A DNA stretch of 64,000 nt from an uncultured archaeon (GTDB lineage: Archaea; Asgardarchaeota; Lokiarchaeia; Sigyniarchaeales; SOKP01), in contig CAZALK010000009.1 of assembly GCA_964486045.1 (NCBI GenBank), forward strand, positions 1 to 64,000. The letters run 5' to 3'. Each line of letters begins with the position of its first letter. Positions within the stretch are counted from its first letter, which is position 1. The notes under the pieces were generated by a model. That model was not told the origin of the DNA, ran no database searches, and saw only the letters and a list, made by a program, of their open reading frames with translations. Of this stretch, positions 59,581 to 64,000 are shown one piece after another. A program made the position numbers and the translations under genes.

Positions 59581-60372
59581 ATGGAGTATAAACATATATT
59601 TGTAGAAAAAAAAGAACATATTACAATTATTACCCTGAATCGACCCGAAGTATTGAACGCGCTTCATCCTTATATACAATTAGAACTTGGTCATGCATTA
59701 AACGAGTTTGAGGATGAACCTAATGCGTGGGTTGCTATTTTAACAGGAGTCGGGGAAAAAGCATTTTCTGCTGGTGCCGACTTAAAATGGGCTGCTTCAA
59801 CTAGCGCTGAAGAACAGAGAGAAGCTTATGAAAAAGTCAGAAGTCAATCAGCTTATCTAATAAGAAATTTCAGAATCACCAAACCATTAATCGCTGCAAT
59901 AAACGGTCTTGCATTTGGGGGAGGTTTTGAACTTGCTTTAAGCTGTGATCTTATGATTGCTGCTGAACATGCTACTTTTTGCCTACCCGAACCTGTAGTG
60001 GGGAGAATTCCTTCAGGAGGGGGAATTCATCGACTAGTGAGATATCTCCCATACCACTTAGCTATGGATATTCTCCTTACACGTAAACGTATGACTGCTC
60101 AAGAAGGAGTTGAATATGGCTTTGTGAAAAAAGTAGTTCCATTCGATCATTTATTGGAAGAAACAGAAAAAGTAGCTAATCTGATAATGGAAGGATCACC
60201 TCTAGCTATTCGAACAATTAAACAAATGGCAATTGATGGGCTTCAAATGACGTTAAAAGACGCACTTTTTGCGAATTTTCCCCTATTCACAAAATTTCTC
60301 CAATCTCATGATTTTAGAGAAGGTCCAAAAGCGTTTAGTGAAAAAAGAAAACCGGTTTGGAAAGGTATTTAA
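59581..60372 (+). CDS. Enoyl-CoA hydratase family (CaiD-like), copy 2
   Basis: Tandem paralog with the same motifs. Confidence 0.92.
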   Translation: MEYKHIFVEKKEHITIITLNRPEVLNALHPYIQLELGHALNEFEDEPNAWVAILTGVGEKAFSAGADLKWAASTSAEEQREAYEKVRSQSAYLIRNFRITKPLIAAINGLAFGGGFELALSCDLMIAAEHATFCLPEPVVGRIPSGGGIHRLVRYLPYHLAMDILLTRKRMTAQEGVEYGFVKKVVPFDHLLEETEKVANLIMEGSPLAIRTIKQMAIDGLQMTLKDALFANFPLFTKFLQSHDFREGPKAFSEKRKPVWKGI

Positions 60373-60399
60373 ACTTAAAAATATAAGAGTGAAATTATT

Positions 60400-61581
60400 A
60401 TGACTATATCAAAACGAGAACGAGTTATCCGGTTTTTAGAGCTGGATGATGAACCTGACAAATGCCCAATCTTTACTTTTGGCTTTGAAACATCAGGTTG
60501 GGGGATGGCCCAGTACTATGCCTCCGAAGAATATAAAAAAGTCTTAGTGGAACAAGAAGATATAAATTTTGGTCCAGAAAGATTTCGGAGAAGAATTGCA
60601 TGGTTAATTACTCAGATGAAATTTTGGCACGCTGATTTAGTTTTGAGTGACCCCTTTAAAAAGTTTAAAAGGAATATTTATCCTATGCCCGATGACTACC
60701 CTAACGCAGAAAATCATAATTGGAATTGCATTAGTGGAAGAATTATGAGTGTTGGAAAAAATCCCAAAACGGGAAGATCTCATGAATGGTATGTAGATGG
60801 GTTTTTTAAAACTAAAGAGAAACTTCATGAGGTTTGGGATGAATATGGGAAACCAATTGATCGTATTACTGAAGGAGGATTTTCTCCAAAATTATGGCAA
60901 GAGTACGTTGATGGTCTAAGCCCATATGTGTACCCTATGGCAAATCTTAGTATGACTATGTCAGAATATTTATGTGAAGGCCACACTCACGGTTATGCAA
61001 TGAAATTAATGCGTAAAGATCCCCAACATATGCATTATGTCATGAATGAATACACTAAAGCTATGGAAGAAACTATAAAGAAGTTAGCTGAAGCGGGAGT
61101 TGATATAGTTTTTTTCCTAGATGATTTAGGTTATAAAGGTCGAGGTATTTTTTCACCGAAAAATTTTAAGGAATTTGTTCTTCCTTATTACAAACGTCTT
61201 TATCAAGCCGCTCGAAAGAGGGGGATGTTTATGATTCAACATAGTTGCGGATACTTGCATGATTATCTTCCTCTTATGGCAGATGCGGGTTTGAATTGTA
61301 TTCAAGCAGTACAACCAACCGCAGAAAATGATTTAGCTTATTTAGTTGAGACTTTAGGTGACAAACTTGCGTTTATGGGCTGTCTTGATGATACCCGTGT
61401 TTTAAAATTCGGCACGCCAAAGGATGTTGAAGAAGATGTTAAAAAGTTTATTCGGATTGCTGGACCAACTGGAAATTTCTGCCCTGGACCAACAAATACG
61501 GTATTAGATCCTCCCTGGGAGAATGTACTTGCTACAATTACCGCTTTAGAGAAGTATCGGAGCTATCCTTTAAAGGTTTAA
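60400..61581 (+). CDS. Uroporphyrinogen decarboxylase / MtaA-CmuA methyltransferase superfamily protein
   Basis: KRERV, FFLDDLG, FSPKNFKEFVLPYYKRL, HSCG (HxC Zn motif), GTPKDVEEDVKK, PPWENVLA. Confidence 0.8.
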   Translation: MTISKRERVIRFLELDDEPDKCPIFTFGFETSGWGMAQYYASEEYKKVLVEQEDINFGPERFRRRIAWLITQMKFWHADLVLSDPFKKFKRNIYPMPDDYPNAENHNWNCISGRIMSVGKNPKTGRSHEWYVDGFFKTKEKLHEVWDEYGKPIDRITEGGFSPKLWQEYVDGLSPYVYPMANLSMTMSEYLCEGHTHGYAMKLMRKDPQHMHYVMNEYTKAMEETIKKLAEAGVDIVFFLDDLGYKGRGIFSPKNFKEFVLPYYKRLYQAARKRGMFMIQHSCGYLHDYLPLMADAGLNCIQAVQPTAENDLAYLVETLGDKLAFMGCLDDTRVLKFGTPKDVEEDVKKFIRIAGPTGNFCPGPTNTVLDPPWENVLATITALEKYRSYPLKV

Positions 61582-61671
61582 ATTTTCATGTCTTTTTTAT
61601 TTCTTCATATTTTCTCACTTGATCAATCTTCTTAATGAATTTATTTCAAATAGAAAAACAAAAGAAAAAGA

Positions 61672-61802
61672 AATATCATCCTAATTGCCTCTTCTTCATC
61701 GATTACTTCATTCCCATCATCGATTTTAGTTGGCAATCACATGCATCCCATCCCTAAAGCAGAAACTTCCCAATCCAATGATCCCATCTTTCTATATTTC
61801 AT
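61672..61802 (-). pseudogene. N-terminal relic of an aldo/keto reductase with an internal nonsense codon
   Basis: The reverse strand reads MKYRKMGSLDWEVSALGMGCM*LPTKIDDGNEVIDEEEAIRMI. TGA (61739-61737) replaces the Arg of the conserved GCMRLP, and similarity ends after AIRMI. Confidence 0.8.
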
Positions 61803-61883
61803 TTGAACTCACTTCTTGAAATTATTTTAATCAGTTAATAATAATAGAGACTAATAATAAAAAAAGGATATAAAAAATTAAAT

Positions 61884-62429
61884 TTACTTTTTTTGAGCTA
61901 AAAAGGTACACATTTTATCGCTTGGGATTTCTTGAGTTTGACTAACCTCAACATCGTCCATCTTAAGAATATCAAAAATTGTTTTCCAGGCGGTTAAACA
62001 TCCTTCTTTACATGGTAATGAGTTTAATTCTTCGTCGGATAGCGTTTCTTTTAGCTTATTGTGGACAGTGCAAGTTCCCTCTACAATCGAAAAGCTCAAT
62101 TCTTTATTGTATGCAGTTTGGATTAACACAACACTCATTAAATGTATTGATAGGCACGCAATTTCTATAAATCTTTGAGCTTCATGTGGGAATTTTACCT
62201 CGCCTGTTTTTTCAGCAACCATTTGAACCATTTCATAAAGATGATCCATATTTTCTGGTTTAACACCAAGTTCAAAAGTTTTTTCCATTAGCCCCTTTCC
62301 CCATTCCTTAAAAACCGAATCATCTTTAGATTCGAGATATTTCTCAGCAATCTTTGCACCCCCAAATTGATCTTCAATTGATTTAAATAGCTCTTCAGAG
62401 ATGTTATAATTAAATTTTGGTTGCATCAT
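61884..62429 (-). CDS. Hypothetical protein, Cys pattern suggestive of a V4R/ATC-hydrolase-like fold
   Basis: GTCTVH...LPCKEGC...DKMCTF; translationally coupled to the upstream ferredoxin. Confidence 0.65.
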   Translation of the reverse strand: MMQPKFNYNISEELFKSIEDQFGGAKIAEKYLESKDDSVFKEWGKGLMEKTFELGVKPENMDHLYEMVQMVAEKTGEVKFPHEAQRFIEIACLSIHLMSVVLIQTAYNKELSFSIVEGTCTVHNKLKETLSDEELNSLPCKEGCLTAWKTIFDILKMDDVEVSQTQEIPSDKMCTFLAQKK

Positions 62430-62833
62430 ATTTTTTTCAACCCCTTAAATGTTGAATCCAATTTTTCAATTATTTTTTGATTTTCCATTGCAACTTCCAT
62501 TGATTCGAATGGGTGTTTATGTGGATGTTCTCCCTCCTTTATTTCAGGAGTTTTAATTTCTATAGTTATGGCGTCCTCAGGGCAATTCTCTGTGCATTCC
62601 ATACAACCAGTGCATTTTGGGGCGGCGGATCCTGCTACTAGATAATGTTTAGGACTATTAGGATCTGGTTTCATATAAGCACCTGAAACATTCGGGTATG
62701 AATGGACATGAAAAACTCCTTGAGGACATTTTGTGAAGCATTTGTGGCTGCATATCATAGGTAGTTGACATTTTTCTCTATCTATTCTAACTCTAATACT
62801 GGGAATATCTAAATTTTTTATTTGTATTGCCAT
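62426..62833 (-). CDS. Ferredoxin-like 4Fe-4S protein
   Basis: CQLPMICSHKCFTKCP (atypical spacing) and CTGCMECTENCP. The start is likely ATG 62833 (MAIQIK). Confidence 0.82.
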   Translation of the reverse strand: MAIQIKNLDIPSIRVRIDREKCQLPMICSHKCFTKCPQGVFHVHSYPNVSGAYMKPDPNSPKHYLVAGSAAPKCTGCMECTENCPEDAITIEIKTPEIKEGEHPHKHPFESMEVAMENQKIIEKLDSTFKGLKKI

Positions 62834-62844
62834 ATAATTACCCC

Positions 62845-63711
62845 CTACCAATCATATCTTAGAATCGGGAAATCTCGCCTATTTTTCAGTTCAATAGCAT
62901 CATCATTACAAACGCTTTCACAAAGTCCGCATCCAAAACACATTTGAGCATCTATTTGTACCTTGTTTTGTCGTATATCTGCAGCTATAGCCCCAAATTG
63001 ACATCTTTTAACACAATTAAAGCATCCTGTGCAATTTTCTTTATTATGGATTGCAACTCGTTCACCCTTAATTAGTTGTTTTTCACCATAACGTAATCTA
63101 TTTTCAATCGAAGAACAATCTGGTCGCGAACAATTACATAGACCACCAATGTAAGGCCCTCCATTTCTCATTCCAAAATTCATTAAGTTTTGTACCAAGC
63201 CTTTCTTATTCCATTTTATTACCCATTCTCGAGCCTCATCGTGGTCAACCCATTCCGCTCCAGCAACATATCGTGCTGGGGTTCGTTCCCATCTAAACAT
63301 TCCAATACCGAGACCTAGGCAAGTCATTTTAGAGCGATCTCTTTCAACATACCCAAATTTGGCTTTGCGACATTCACAATGAATAAAACAAATCGGTGAA
63401 CTTATATCTATTAGATCTAATGAATCTTGAAGAGTAAGTGTTTGAGCTCCTTGAACTTGAGTATGTAACCTATTAGCAGCTCGCATGAGATCAGGAAATC
63501 TCTCATCTTTAAGATTATAGGCGTCTATAGCTTGAGCAATCATAGGCCCCGCAGCGGCTTCAATAGCAGCAGTTCCACCTTTTATACGCTTAGTATTTTT
63601 TTTCGTTTGCTCTACACGAGTTCGATGATACATAAATCGAGAATACCTTTTTGCATCTTTAAACCAGAGCTTTCCAGCCCCTTTGCTGTGAGTAAAACAG
63701 TTATTACACAC
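62845..63711 (-). CDS. 4Fe-4S binding protein (MCxxCxxH N-terminus, CxCR and CNC motifs, C-terminal 2x[4Fe-4S])
   Basis: MCNNCFTH..G.GKLWF, IHCECRK, YIGGLCNC..PDC, CTGCFNCVKRCQFGAI, CFGCGLCESVC. Confidence 0.85.
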   Translation of the reverse strand: MCNNCFTHSKGAGKLWFKDAKRYSRFMYHRTRVEQTKKNTKRIKGGTAAIEAAAGPMIAQAIDAYNLKDERFPDLMRAANRLHTQVQGAQTLTLQDSLDLIDISSPICFIHCECRKAKFGYVERDRSKMTCLGLGIGMFRWERTPARYVAGAEWVDHDEAREWVIKWNKKGLVQNLMNFGMRNGGPYIGGLCNCSRPDCSSIENRLRYGEKQLIKGERVAIHNKENCTGCFNCVKRCQFGAIAADIRQNKVQIDAQMCFGCGLCESVCNDDAIELKNRRDFPILRYDW

Positions 63712-63930
63712 GTTTAATATTACCTTTCTTATAGTATTTCATTTTTGTATTATATCATATTTAATCTCAATAAAATATAATCCTTATGATTAAAATAAAT
63801 AATTGAAAGGAAAATAAACTGTAATAAGAGAGACCAATGGAATCTATGATTAAAAAAGATTAATTTAAAATCTAAAAAGAAAATATTACACCTATAACGG
63901 TTCTGTTATAAAGCTTATAATAAAAAAAAT

Positions 63931-64000
63931 TTAATCTGAATTTCTTAAGTCGTGGTAAATTTCTTCCATTGCGTATTTACGCGTAACCTGGTGTCGTATG
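63931..64000 (-). CDS. Probable 3' end of a gene entering from beyond the window
   Basis: A reverse frame reads IRHQVTRKYAMEEIYHDLRNSD* and is more GC-rich than the adjacent intergenic DNA. It is too short to assign. Confidence 0.35.
   Translation of the reverse strand, partial: IRHQVTRKYAMEEIYHDLRNSD

Noticed and set aside
61737-61739. In-frame TGA as possible selenocysteine (Lokiarchaeia encode Sec)
   Set aside because: It aligns to a conserved Arg (GCMRLP), not a Cys, and homology stops ~20 codons later, so it is a nonsense mutation in a relic.
1-64000. CRISPR arrays, tRNA/rRNA genes, IS elements, alternative genetic code
   Set aside because: No regularly spaced repeats, cloverleaf/rRNA-like GC-rich segments or transposase ORFs were seen by eye. 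TAA, TAG and TGA all terminate full-length genes.

Overview
AT-rich (roughly 30-35% GC by eye) prokaryotic window, most likely from a Lokiarchaeia (Asgard archaea) genome. This is inferred from AGGTGA-type ribosome-binding sites, oligo-T tracts after genes, a Loki-type LRR-associated protein family and an IPGY-TM-basic C-terminal anchor. No housekeeping, rRNA, tRNA, CRISPR or transposase genes were seen. The first 11.3 kb hold the 3' part of a giant (>3,400 aa, open past the window edge) protein with Ca-binding DxDxDG motifs, Gly/Ala-rich hydrophobic helices and a long unassigned C-terminal region. It is followed by a short LRR-family gene and a thiolase cut off just after its catalytic Cys. 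The rest is a heterotrophic/anaerobic metabolism region: CMD/AhpD pair, crotonases, carboxylesterases, DmsAB-like molybdoenzyme without Tat signal or anchor, SCP2-FATP fusion, Fe-S proteins, heterodimeric ABC exporter, Rph-like dikinase, GH32, a Dpp/Opp importer whose two ATPases carry fused multipass membrane domains, tandem F420-type LLM oxidoreductases each followed by a conserved structured ~157-nt element, and an orphan glycyl-radical enzyme with a GCNE motif. There are also several small gene relics and two probable ATT/ATA start codons. All family calls are from motif recognition by eye, not database searches.
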